A stretch of 64,000 bases of DNA, taken from positions 15,068,001-15,132,000 of the forward strand of contig CM052816.1 of NCBI GenBank assembly GCA_028534125.1, in the 5' to 3' direction. The notes under the pieces are model-generated. The model was given only the letters and a program-made list of their open reading frames with translations, ran no database searches and had not been told where the DNA came from. The position numbers and the translations under genes were made by a program. Source of the stretch: Lama glama. Taxonomy: Eukaryota. Positions 13,751-26,136 of this stretch are shown here, in pieces (position 1 is the stretch's first letter; each line of letters begins with the position of its first letter).

Positions 13751-16700
13751 AACCTGACTTTTAGAATGTATATAATGGAAGGGAAGGATGAATGGTCTAA
13801 GCATTTTAATAGTCACTTTGTAGACTGCTCAGTATTCAATTGTTACATTACATGAAAAAGAAAACAAATCTAGAACTTACATTTAAAAAATGAGATATTA
13901 GTACACATCACCTTAATGACGAAAATTTGAAAGGCTGGTAATACTAATTATTCAAGAATGTGGAGTAACTGGAACTCTCAAGCGCTGCTGGTGGGACAGT
14001 AAACTGAAACTACTAATAGGGGAAACTGTTGCCAGTACCTATTAAAGCTAAGCATACTCATACCTCATAGCCAAGCAATTTCTACTACTAGCTCCACAGT
14101 CAACAGAAATGCAAATGTAAGTGCACCAAAAGACATGAGGAAAATGTTCATTGCAGAGTTGTTCACAGTAGAAAAAAATAAACTTGAAAAAAATGTCCAT
14201 CAACAGAAAAATAGATAAATAAATGGTGGTATATTCATACAATGCAATATACAGCAATTTACTGGATGGATTATTGCTATGCACAGCCAGCCTGATGAAT
14301 GTTCCATGTATAATATTGAGTGAAACTAGCCAGACACAAAACATAATCACAACACATGATTCTATCTTTATGATGTTGGAACTCATGACAACGGTCATGC
14401 CTCAGAAGCCAGTCATTATAGAGGAGCGTTGAGGGGGGTTGGGGATGCACCTAAAGCACCTCTACCTCCTTACCTCTGTGGTGATTACATTATTGTGTTG
14501 CCTTTGGATTATTTCTCAAGCAGTACACGTATGATACAAACTTTTATGTATGTTACACTTCAACGAAAACTTTATAAAATAAGATTTGTGTGAAGCAGCT
14601 AATACCACACTTAGTGGAAAACTTTCAGCCTTACACCCATACATTACAAACAACAAAACCTGAAAATCAATAAGCCAAATAAGAAGCTAGAAATCAAGTA
14701 GCAAATTGAACACAAAGAAAATATGAGGAAGCAAATCATGTTAAGAGCAGGAGTCAGTGAACTAGAAGGCAAATATACAAGAAAGAGAATCCCAGAAGCC
14801 AAGAGCTAGTCCTCAAAAAGGCTAATAAAATAAGCTACTTCCACGTCTAATCAGGAAAAATGAGTGGTGACAATATCTTCAGGGTTCAAAAGAATATCAC
14901 TACAGATTCCGTAGATGTTAAAAAGATCAAAGAGGACATTATAAGCAACATTATGTCAAAATACTTGAAATTCTAGATGAAATTAACATATTTCTAGAAA
15001 AAGAATTTATAGAAATGAAACAAAAATAAAAATATGAATGTCTATAACTAGTAAAGAAATGTGATTTCATGATGTAAAACTTCCCCACAAAGAAAATTCA
15101 TGAATCTCGTGAATTCTACTAAATATTTAAGAAATCTCACCAATCTTAACAAACATGACCAGAGAATAGAAAAAAGAGAGAGAGAGAAAAAAAAGCACTT
15201 CTAACTTGTTCAATAAGGCCAGCATAACGCTGACACCAAACCCTTACAAGAAAGGAAAATGACATGCCAATCTCAAGTGATGAACATAAATGCACAAGTC
15301 CACTATTAAGATGTCTTACCTGGTTGTTTTTATTTTGTATGAACATATTTTGATTCTAAACAAAACAGCTGTAATCTTTGCTTAAAGATTCTAAAGAATA
15401 AACATAATGTGCCTGAATTCACCGAGTACATTTTTGAGGCATGTCAATAAGCTCTGCTGTGAAAACAATATGTGTGTATATATATATAGCGACCAGATGG
15501 CTACAGCCAACAATTTGGGTTGGGATGGAAAGGTTTTTCTCTTTCTCCTCAGCACAAGAGATTACATGATTGCATATTCATTCCTAGATTCCAAGGCAAG
15601 TTCCAGATGAATATATAATGACCTTCTGTGTTTATGGCATGAAGAAGAAATTCTTATCCTAACTCTTTTTCATAAATGCAGTACAAAAGAGACATGTAAT
15701 TTATTTACATCCTGAACCATTCTCGCCTCATCAATTAAAATTGGGAACCAGGTGAGTAACCACCTTTATCATTTAGTTTGGCTTTAAAGAATAATCGTTA
15801 CTAATAAATTCCTTACTTCCCATACTTTAATTAGAATCCCAGATTGTGATCTATATTCATTTGATGTTCTGCCAAATGCTATTGCTGATATTTATATTAT
15901 ATGCATTTCAGCAATGTAAAAACCTCTTAGCAATTTAGTCTATTTTCATCCCAACCCAGCTCAGTGTATTTAGTCTCTGAGATATTATTGTTTCTCTCTA
16001 ATTGCAAACATTGAAGGCAACAAAAATCAATAGGTCATTAACATTATCAGACATGTCAAAACTTTCCCACTTATAATTTCCCAGGCATTGCTCTTCTTTT
16101 GTCTACTTAAATTATGATGCTCTTTTTCTTTCCTTTTCACTAGGTTGAGGCTTCTGTCTTGTACAACAAATATTACTGTCCTGCCTATATATTTTTAAAT
16201 CTGAATGTATTTCATATTCCATTCACACTTCCTTAGTTCCGGCACTCTAAAGTTTTTCAAAGTGTGGTTATCAGCTTCAAAGTCAACATAGACATAATAA
16301 ACCATCCAATTAGCCCATGAAAAAGCCTACTTAGAGAATATAAAAATGTTAGCAAATAAAAACACCTAGAATGCCAGAAACATTCTACCACTCTTGTTAA
16401 CAAATGACACTGCAAAGGGGAAATATCTTATACCCCACATATCCTGACAAAAGAGAAACTACTCTAACTCCAGAAGAACAATACACTAAGAAAATATTGA
16501 TGTGTTCAAAATGTAATTTCCATGTGGAATTTTTAATAAAGTCAGTGTACACTGTTTGCATTTTTGCTACATTAACATTTATTATCTTAAAAATTGCCAA
16601 TGCAATTAATTTTAAATAGTAAGTAGATGTTTACATCACAGTGGTACCATCTCAGATACCAATCTAAAAACTTAAACTGTCCATCAAGAATCTTAACAGA

Positions 16701-17205
16701 AAAGACTGACATGAGGTTCATGCTGTGTACTTGTTGCACAGTGGATCAATTTTGTTTATATCTGTTAGATATTATCAATAGGAGAGATATAGATAAAACA
16801 TTCTCCTGAATTTCTTAAGCTGATTTTTTTAGCATTGTAAACTCTGCTAACATACACCATAAACTAAACTAAGACAGAAGGGCTTAGAATCTCAACAAAA
16901 TATAAACACATATGCATCAATTTGATTCTGTGTGACTCAGTCACACAGTTAAAATTACAAAATTGCACGCTTTTCAAAGGATATATGTTTCATAAAACTC
17001 AAGCAACAAATATTTTCTTTCTAGACTCCTGTAGTTGTTCTTACAGCATTCAATGAACACTGTAGGAAGCATTCTTTTCTAAAAAATCAAGATTGGATCA
17101 GTCTGCACTTGGACAGAAAGAATAAATTAACAGATGCCTGTGTTGAACTGCAAATACTCTAGCTTTACAGAAGTTATTTTATCCATGTTTTTATGCATCA
17201 AACTT

Positions 17206-17255
<50 letters not shown>
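17206..17255. repeat. Compound (TA)n(GA)n microsatellite
   Basis: Direct reading. Confidence 0.95.
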
Positions 17256-17257
<2 letters not shown>

Positions 17258-18819
17258 TTACATATATATAAGGAACTATCCAGCCCACAAAAATGAACAG
17301 ATAATAGACTACCTAAAAAGTGAAATATCAGCAATGATGGAAAAGGATTGCTCAGCTGGATGAATGAGATGGCACAACATTCCTGCTTCGTCTAAACAGT
17401 GTATCTCTGTTACTTTGCTTACCAGTCAAGTTAAGTTTAGAAATTCTGTGGCAGGGGACATTTTCCTCTTCTTAGCTATGTATTTTTTCCTTTTAAGAAG
17501 ATAATTTTCCTTCTAACTTTCAGATCCATTGGTCTTCCTTTAATTTACTCATTTTCCTTTCTAATTGAATCAGAATGTGCCTCTCAACCAACTCCTGACT
17601 CCCAAACTTCACAGACATTACTGGTATTCGTATCTCGCCTTGTTACAGAAAGCGATGAAAGGAAAGTAAATGGGGACTTTTCTTAATAGGAAGAGATATT
17701 ACACATTGTGTTTTGATATCTGAAATACTAACATCTTGTGAACCAACTTTCTCCCTTAAAATGAGCTGTTATTTAAATTTTCATTCACTATAATCTCCCA
17801 ATGTGATGATGTGCATCCCTCCTAACCACTTTGTCATTGACAGGAGCTGGACTCGTATTTAGCCCCAGAAGACAGCACTGAGGTTTTTCATGTCAGCTCT
17901 AAGACCAGAAAATCCCTGTTATGTTGTTTCATGATCATATATCACAAGGAAGAAAATAATCATTGAAATAACATATTTGAAAATGGCCTTTGAACTGTTT
18001 CCTACATACACACATAAAGTAGAAAAGTAAGTCAGAGTCTTTCCCTCTATATTGAACAGTGTTACCACCTAATTCACATACTCACAAATTGACTTATGAA
18101 TTCATTCAGCAAGTATTTACTAGTCATATAGTATATACTGGATTCTGTTATATCATGTGAGAATATTAATTATGCAAAGTTTTAGTGGATGCAAATCTAT
18201 TTTATTTGTAGTTAACATCATTATTTGAAGAATAACTTATAATCCACTTTTACCCTTATTGCTTTGAATAGCAAAACCTTCCCTTCCCAAATTTCTGCAC
18301 ACCTCCTTCCCTTGTATCTGCGATCTCTATGAGAAATCAGAAAGTAGTATTGTAAAATTGCTATCCCAACTGCTCCCATTCAATTCAGAAAGTTTTAAAA
18401 TGCCAAGGGCCATTATAGATAAGGTGCAGTATTTGAATAATTTTTATTAAATGCATTACTCTCAAATATGATATTTCCTTATTTCTAAGTATACTGGCTT
18501 CTAAAATAGTAAGAATATTCAATCCACATTGAATGGACTTTGAATGGTAAGAGTACCTCTGAACGCACAAATGTTTCTGACATAATTACTCATCTGTCCT
18601 CTTTATGAAATATATCGAGAAGAACACAAAAGGTTGTCAAGTCCTGTACGAATTGTATTATCCTCTTTCTGTCAGTACAAATAGGTATTTTGAAACATGC
18701 CTATAATTTCTATGTACTTACAAAAACTATTCATTATGTTTTGGTGTATCATTCTCAAAAAAAGACTACTTTGCCAAAATGCTTTTCATTGTAAAGTACA
18801 GTCTAGAGAATATACTGCA

Positions 18820-19130
18820 TTTTATATAATTCAAGATCCAATTCAAATGTCATCTCTACCACAAAGCCTTCTCTGATTCCCTCTTCCCTGCCTAGATGTT
18901 CTCTCATGTTTTCTCTCCCCCTTCTTTGAACATCCATTGCAATTCATTTTTACCTGTTTTAGGTTATCATCGTTTTTAAATCATGTATTGTAATGGCTTG
19001 AGGAAACGTCTCATCTTCCATGATACTAAGTTTGCATGATGCAAAGACTCTTACATATTTTTCATTCCTACTTTAGGTATCATAATGCCTTACACATCAC
19101 CATTGCTCAGAATACTTCTTTGAATGAAGG
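18820..19130 (+). mobile_element. Ancient L2 3' end
   Basis: ttcaagatccaattcaaatgtcatctctaccacaaagccttctctgatt ... tgctcagaatacttctttgaatgaa. Confidence 0.6.
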
Positions 19131-19516
19131 GATATTTGCTTTAAGTAACTCCTTAAAGAAATTCCCCAAAGGAATTATTTAAAGACATCTCCGATCATTT
19201 ATTACTTGTACCAGAAACTTCAGTGCTTGATTATTTTTAACGTTAGACCTATATGCTCAGTTACTTTTACTGTGCTTTAATAGGTTTGAATTTCTCACCC
19301 TGGTTCCTCAAAAATAAGCTATAATCTTGTTGAATCCAACAACAGTCTTTTTTCAATACTTGTGTACTCCCAGAATTCTTAGCACAGTGGGTGCTAAGCA
19401 AGAGTGTTCAATCCAATGGATTAAATGTTGCCAAAGGCTCATCTAAGAAACATTTCAGAAAATAGTTAGTGGCCAATTCCTGGTCAAGGTACTCAAATCC
19501 CATAAAATTTGCTTAC

Positions 19517-21949
19517 CATGGCATTGACATTGGCGTGGTCCCCTTTCCTATTCCGAATCTGAATACAGGAAATTGGCACACTCAGTCCTACACCAGTGGC
19601 CACATTTCTCAGGTTAGCAGCACCGTATTCCCCACATAACAGCAAACTATTGTTATCAGAACCAAGTCCCAGAGAGGCCCGATACAGATAGGTCTGAGAA
19701 AGTCTCTCCACTGTAGTGACATCTATTGTGGCTGATGTCACGCAAGGATTGGAAACCATCTTGTTTCCACACCTGGACTCCTTCGGAGAGCGACAGCAGC
19801 TCTGAGTGCAACAACCTGGGCTCTGGCTCAATTTGCTACACACAAAGAAAAGTAAGCACCCCAGAAATAAAAACGAAACACAGGCCAGGGCAATTATTAA
19901 ATGCAGGTTCTGGGCAGAAAGGTGCCCTTCTATTTCCCAGGCATCTTCAAAGTCTGGAAGGACCTGAGGAGCAGAGTTGCTCAACAGCACGCCCAATGTG
20001 ACAGAGGTAGAAAGTGATGGGTCGCCATGGTCCCGAACCACTACCACCACCCTCTGTTTAACTGCATCAGTGGGAAGAACCAAGCGAGCAGTACGGAGCT
20101 CTCCCATACTGGCTGAAATTCTGAAAAGGCTAGAGTCAGAAGCCTGAGAGATGTGGTAGGAAAGCCAAGCATTAGAGCCACTGTCTGCATCCTCTGCTAC
20201 CACTTTTGTGACCAAATGTCCTGTTCTGGCAGAGCGGGGCACAATTTCCACTGGAACAGAGCCATTTCTGGGCAAAGGAAACAGGATGACTGGAGAATTG
20301 TCATTCCTATCTACCACAAACAAGTTCACAGTCACTGTTGCACTTCTGGGAGGAAAGCCACCATCCCGGGCTTCCACTTGGAAGTGAAACCCCCTGAGCT
20401 GCTCAAAGTCAAAGGTAATTTTGGCAGAGATAGCCCCACTGGATGAATCTACTGCCACCAAGCTAGAGGCTGCCTGCCCTTCAGAGATAACATCCAACAG
20501 CTCATAGAAGACAAGGCCATTCTTTCCCAGGTCTGGGTCCTGGGCAAACACGCGTCCTAGAAAGGCCCCAGGGCCATTGTTTTCAGCCACAAAAAGTTCC
20601 TGTTTCGGTTGAGAAAAGCTTGGTGTATTATCGTTGACATCAGCAACTGACACAATCAGTGTCCTGCGAATGCTAAGCGGGGGCGAGCCACCATCAGAGG
20701 CGGTGATCAGGACTTGGTATTCACTGACCTGTTCCCGGTCCAACGGCCCATCAGTTAGCAAGCTGTAGTAGTTGTCAAAGGAAGACTTCAGCTTAAAAGG
20801 GCCTCCAGTGGACATGCTACAAATGACCTTACCATTGGGACCGAGGTCCTCATCCCTTACACTAAGGAGAGCAATCACTGTGCCAGCGGCGGCGTCCTCG
20901 GAAACCGGACTGGAGAGAGTGAGGAGGTTCACCTCGGGGGCGTGATCGTTCACATCAGTCACTTCCACCAGCAGTTTGGCAGTGCTGGCTAGACTGAAGG
21001 CGCCTTCGTCTCTGGCCTCGACATACGCCTCCAAAAGCATTTCAGGCGGACCTAGTGAAGCAGCTACCCGCACTTCCCCATTTCTTGGGTGCACGTGAAA
21101 GAAGTGTCGCAGCTTTGCTTGCGTGCTGTTACTTAAGAAGTACCGGATTTCCCCATTGGAGCCTTCATCCGGGTCCGAGGCTTGAACTCGGAATAATACA
21201 GTCCCGTTGGGGGCAGTCTCTGGCACCTTGGTGTGGTATACTGTGCGCTCAAATACAGGCGCATTGTCGTTTGTGTCCACCACGATGATGGTGACTTGTG
21301 CGTCTCCAGAGCGCACCGGCAGCCCGCCGTCCTGAGCGGTGAGCACCAGCTGATGGGTGGCACGCTGCTCCCGATCTAACGCTTTCTCCAATACCAACTC
21401 CGGGTATTCGCTGCCGTCGACCCGCGACCCCATGTCCAGGCGAAAGTGCTGGCTGGGGCTCAGGTTGTAGCTTAGCACCCCGTTGCTTCCCTCGTCGGCA
21501 TCTTGGGCATTAGGGAGTGTAAAGCGGGCTCCGGGCATCAGGAACTCGGGAATGTGCAGCTGCACGTCGCCGGCAGGGAAGTGAGGTGAGTTGTCGTTGG
21601 TGTCCAGGACGTGAATGCGCATCTTGTGCAGCTCCAGCGGGTCCTCGAGCACCAGTTCGTAGGTCAAAACGCAGGCAGCTTTGGTCCCGCACAGCTGTTC
21701 GCGGTCCGCTGGCTCTCGGACCACCAAGCTACCGCTCGCCAGATCAACCCCGAAGTAGGGCTCGCCGTGGCTGGAAAGGAAGCGAAAGTTCCTCAGGGAC
21801 AGAGCGGCCGCTGACAGCCTCAAATCCTGGGCAACATTGCCTACGGCTACGCCCCGCTCGGTCTCCTCCGACACTGAGTACTCGAGCTGTCCCGCTGCAG
21901 AGCTGCAGGAGACCCACAAGCATAGAACCGCCACCTTCCAGCCCACCAT
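19517..21949 (-). CDS. PCDHAC1: Protocadherin alpha-C1 variable (first) exon, 811 codons: signal peptide, six cadherin EC repeats, TM segment and variable cytoplasmic part. Splices to constant exons outside the window.
   Basis: The ORF from ATG 21949 reads MVGWKVAVLCLWVSCSSAAGQLEYSVSEETERGVAVG, with repeated DxNDN/DRE cadherin motifs and TM LIIALACVSFLFLGCLLFFVC. It ends RKGDHANVNAM followed by a phase-0 donor ATG|GTAAGC at 19517/19516. It closely matches human PCDHAC1 as recalled. Confidence 0.96.
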
Positions 21950-22950
21950 CCTCCCTCCCTCTCGGCGTCTTCGCTCCGCCAGCGGTGACCCGGGATCATG
22001 CTCCGGACTACCGGAGAGCACTAGCCGCGATAAAGAGCGCGGGCCGGCCGGCCGCGGCTGCCGGCTGGAGGTGCAGAGACCGCCGACGTTCGCCTTCTGA
22101 ATACCGGAATTGCCCAGGGCTGGCCGGCAGCGAGCTACGATTGCTAGACTGGAGGCTTGGCAGCCGTCTGGGAAAGCAGAGCCCGCCGGGTGCGGAGGAG
22201 CGCAGCGCCGCCTAGGGGTGCGCGGACGAGGTAAACCGCCGGGGCCGGGGAAGCGCGACCTCGGGGGATCTCGCCCCCGCCCGCTCCCCTGGGCCGGGCA
22301 GCGAGCGCGGGGCGGGGCAAGGAAGACGCTCCGAGAAACTGTCACATCTTCCCTTAAACGGCGTTTCCTAGGACAACGCCCTGAGAATGCCCTGGTTTTA
22401 ACGCTTACAGCCTCTGCCTGAAGACGGCTTGTAACTGGGGCCAAGCTCGGCTGGGCGTCTCTCGTCAAACTGAGAGCAGAACGTCCGGTCCCGGGCGCTC
22501 GGACCACCGACTCCCTACAGCGCGCGCGGAGGGGGCGAACTCCGAGAGGAACGGCGGCGGAGGCGGTGAGAGGCGGCACCGTGATCGTGAACTACTACGC
22601 CTTCGAGCCTTAAGGAAACAGGAGCCCCCAAACCAAGTACTATGGTACATTCCGTGCTGGATTCCCAGCCTCTCCGCTGCGGGTTAAAGTCTCTCCTGCA
22701 CTTTAGTATGTCCCAGGAGCCACCAAGATTTCAACAGAGGCGACCAGCGAGGGGCAAATTGGGAAACAGTATCGTCCTCAAGCTTCCCCGGGACTCTGGC
22801 TTTCCGAGACACCAGAGTGGGCGAGCCCAATTCCGGGTCTACTGCGTTCGTCCCGCTCTCTGCGGGTCAGCAGTTTCTCTCTTCCCAGGAGGCCCTACTG
22901 GAAGTGGTTTGCAAACGTCCCTCGACGCTCCGGATGAAAGAAGGGGTTAG
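21150..22950. promoter_or_regulatory. CpG island over the PCDHAC1 promoter and 5' exon
   Basis: Visibly GC- and CpG-dense against an AT-rich background, with a GGGGCGGGGC GC box near 22309-22318. Boundaries approximate. Confidence 0.85.
22203..22218 (-). promoter_or_regulatory. PCDHAC1 promoter CSE / CTCF motif
   Basis: Minus strand CCCCTAGGCGGCGCTG, about 255 bp upstream of the ATG. It resembles the CTCF core CCASYAGRKGGCRS, contains CGCT, and aligns without gaps to the PCDHA1 CSE. Confidence 0.7.
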
Positions 22951-25900
22951 GAACCAGTCAATATCAAGCACCAGAAACTCAGAAAGGTTAACAGCTCACT
23001 CCTAAACAGGGCGTGCAAAGTGGAAGGGCAAGGAAATATTGAGATACTCTCTGGAGTGTGACCAGGAAACTATCCTGTGAATTTGCTCTCTGTAAATATT
23101 TAGAAAACAGCAATGAGGTAGGGTAAGAACAGGCTTGATAACCCTCATTCTCCCGCTTTGTTTTTAGCGGGTCTTCTGCATGGAAATCGAGACAACGATC
23201 AGTTCTATGAAAAAAAATCTCTTTGCTGTAAGAAATACCTCCAAATTCCGCCTAACACCCTACAGCCAGTGGCTTTCCCTGAGGGGGAAGAGAGCTGAAA
23301 AAGGGACTCTTTTAAATGACCATTAAACACTAAATTCCTCACTCAAGTCCTTCTTTTAATACAATTGTAGTGTCCAAAGCCTCAAGAAGCAAAATTTGAA
23401 AGACAAAGGCTGAATACAGATCAAGAATTCAAGCTATCAGGGCATTGTATTTTCTGGTCAGAAAACTGCCTAAAAGTTATTGATAATTATTGAAGCTGAG
23501 TACTGGATACATGGGGATTATTTATATAATTCTCTCAACTTTAGTGCTTACGAATGGAGCACTAAGTTGAACATTAATTGACTATTTCTCCAATAATTTT
23601 TAAATTGTCAATTAAAATGGAGTTGGGGGCGGGAGTAGATAGGCAGCTCCATCTTTCTGGTCTTAAGACTTAAAGTCGGATTGGAAACTTCAGTGCACCA
23701 CTAAGAGCTAGCCATCTCCTCTGAACATCACAAACCCATCCCTTATTTCTTCCAAGGAAGTAGGGCAGGTTGCCACGTAAGGCAATGTAAGTTGTAAATA
23801 CCCCTGACTAATTTGTCTTTCTGAATTAAGGAACCAAAATATCACTGACACCAAGACTTAGATAAAATTAATGCAAGAAACATGTCCACCTACTGAAGTG
23901 TTAAGAGTCATAAGCACAGCCATCACTGGGGATCCTCGTTAGGATGTGAAATAACTCATAAAAATTAAATTTATTCCTCACCAAGTTTCAGAACAAAACT
24001 AATTATCTACTTCAGTGCCAGAGATTAGGACTGGCATTTCCTCATTTTAATTTAATGCTGCTAACCAAGCTACTTGCTTTGGGGTAATAAAAGGCTACAC
24101 TTTTCACTTTTCCATTAGCAGCTGATGAAATGCACCTGGAGAGATGTACATAACTTTTGGAAGGCCCCTGACTTTTAGATCTGCAATCAAGCTTCTCATT
24201 ACACTGGGTTTAGGAATTCTGAAGTACATCTAGGAAGACAGTATGCATGGGTGTGGATTAGGGAGTGGGGAGAAGGAAAAACTCACACTGAGAATCAGCA
24301 TGGAAAAATCTTGACAAAAACTCTTCCCTACTCACACACTTCCTGATGCCCTTTGGCTTACCTTTTCTCTCATTTCTGTTTAAACTGCCACTGATGTTTA
24401 TTTTCAAAGGAATAAGTGGACAGCACTCATCTAGTGGAATGTGTCCCACCACCTGCCTCCCTATCTTTAGGCATAACTGAGATTTGTGGGGAAGCAATAT
24501 TTAGGAGATATTGAGATATTTGGACATCTCAAAGATGCAGAAGTCTCAAGAATTTTTCCTTTTGTATAAGATGTCTAGGTGAACCTTAAAATCATGAATT
24601 AGCAAAACTTCTATTTAGCAGAAACTTTCCTTTCTAATATTTCACTTTGCCAGTTTATGGCATTTTCCATAGTTTCTCCTAATTCAAGCATTTTCAAGCC
24701 TGTAATTTGGTGCAAGTACAACTTTAAGTGGACTCGGTGGAAAAACATTGTTCTGATTTCTGCTTGGGCTCTCCTGTCAGGACTATTATTATAAAGCTCT
24801 CCGACCAAACTTGGCCTTAATCTGTAAATTCAAAAGATTTCTTGCCATAATGCATAAATTCATATTAGAGATCTTGAAGCCAAACAGAATAATCTGAATA
24901 CCCACCAAAGAGTTTGTCAGCAGAAGGCTATTATACTTTAAACAAAACTTTCTTAGTGCTTAAGATTATTCCCTGGGAGTATTTTATGTACTTATGGGAA
25001 CTAAATTAAAAGTCTGGACATCACAAACACATTAAGCAAATTTTCATCGTGTAAAATAGCTTCATAAAGGGTCCAAATCAAGTCTAATAGATTGGGAGTT
25101 CTTTGAGGGAAGAGATCTGTATCACTCAATTTTGTTTCTTAAATATCCAGCTAAGCTCTGGGCATGTAAGTTAAGTGGCTAAAGCACTCTGCATACACAA
25201 CAGCCTGTGTCAATCATTGTTAGGTTTTTTTTTTTACTTGAACTCCTTACCAACAGCAAATTCCTATAGAATTCCTTTCTCAGGTTTTTACTACCAAGGA
25301 ATTAGTTTTTCTTAATAACATAGTATGTAAAGTATCTTCGACCTTTCTTCATGAATCTTCACTCTAATTAAGTATATGCTGTGTTTACTTACTACTTTTT
25401 ATAACTATGTATCAATTTTTCTAAAATTACCTTTTTATAAAATCTTATTCTATTTCATAACTAAAGTGGAGCCCACACAACTTAAAGTAATACTCCAGAT
25501 AGATCAAATCATATCCAAGAAGAGGAGATCTAGCCCTTTCATTCTAAAAACTACATATCAAGTAATAGAGTCTAAAACTGCATCTGGTTCTTTAACAGCT
25601 GCATCACATAACTTTTTTTATCATAGACTGAAAACTAAAATTCACATCTATTTTTCCCTAGTTGCTATTAAGCCATAGATCAAATAGTTCTAGACTTTTA
25701 TACTTAATTTGTTTTAATTCAAATTTGCTGAATGTCATTGTGAGAATAGCTAGTCAATCTGGTTCACTCACATAATAATATTTCACTTAGATCAAATTTC
25801 ACATTCCTACATATCTGGTAAGCAGTCACACCACATCGTTCTCTGAGCTGCAGATGAAAATTTTCATCAAGGGTGGCTGAAAAGGAAGGCTTGCAACCAT

Positions 25901-26098
25901 TACCAAGCACCCTGCCTGACATCAGCTTATTAGGAGTGCCTAACCTAAAATAAAGATCTGACAAAGATACTATCAACATTCCCCAAAAAGGAATGCTCAC
26001 AAATCTCACATTATATTATAGTTTCAAAATAAAATATTACCAGATCACCACTATGATATATACAGTTAAAAGAAATTTGATAAAAATTTGACAGCTAT

Positions 26099-26100
<2 letters not shown>

Positions 26101-26130
<30 letters not shown>
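26101..26130. repeat. (CA)n microsatellite
   Basis: Direct reading. Confidence 0.95.

Positions 26131-26136
<6 letters not shown>

Larger units (their letters stand above)
12850..15320 (+). mobile_element. Old L1 fragments (3' ends and ORF2 pieces)
   Basis: Degenerate L1 3' and ORF2 motifs, e.g. aaatgtccatcaacagaaaaatagataaataaatggtggtatattcatacaatg near 14190. Boundaries approximate. Confidence 0.65.

Noticed and set aside
486..18570. Numerous 60-120 aa ORFs in AT-rich DNA
   Set aside because: Chance ORFs or L1/L2 fragments with no coherent exon structure.
1..19490. PCDHAC2, PCDHA constant exons or the HS5-1 enhancer
   Set aside because: No cadherin ORF or PRQPNPDW constant-exon sequence seen. 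These should lie beyond coordinate 1.
21950..22579. 210-codon N-terminal extension of PCDHAC1 in the 1028-aa ORF call
   Set aside because: It starts at a non-ATG codon and is R/P/G-rich, as expected of a stop-poor CpG island. It overlaps the promoter CSE, and the signal peptide begins at ATG 21949.
19726..23005. Several plus-strand and alternate-frame ORFs over PCDHAC1 and its promoter
   Set aside because: Shadow ORFs of GC-rich coding or CpG-island DNA with no recognisable domains.
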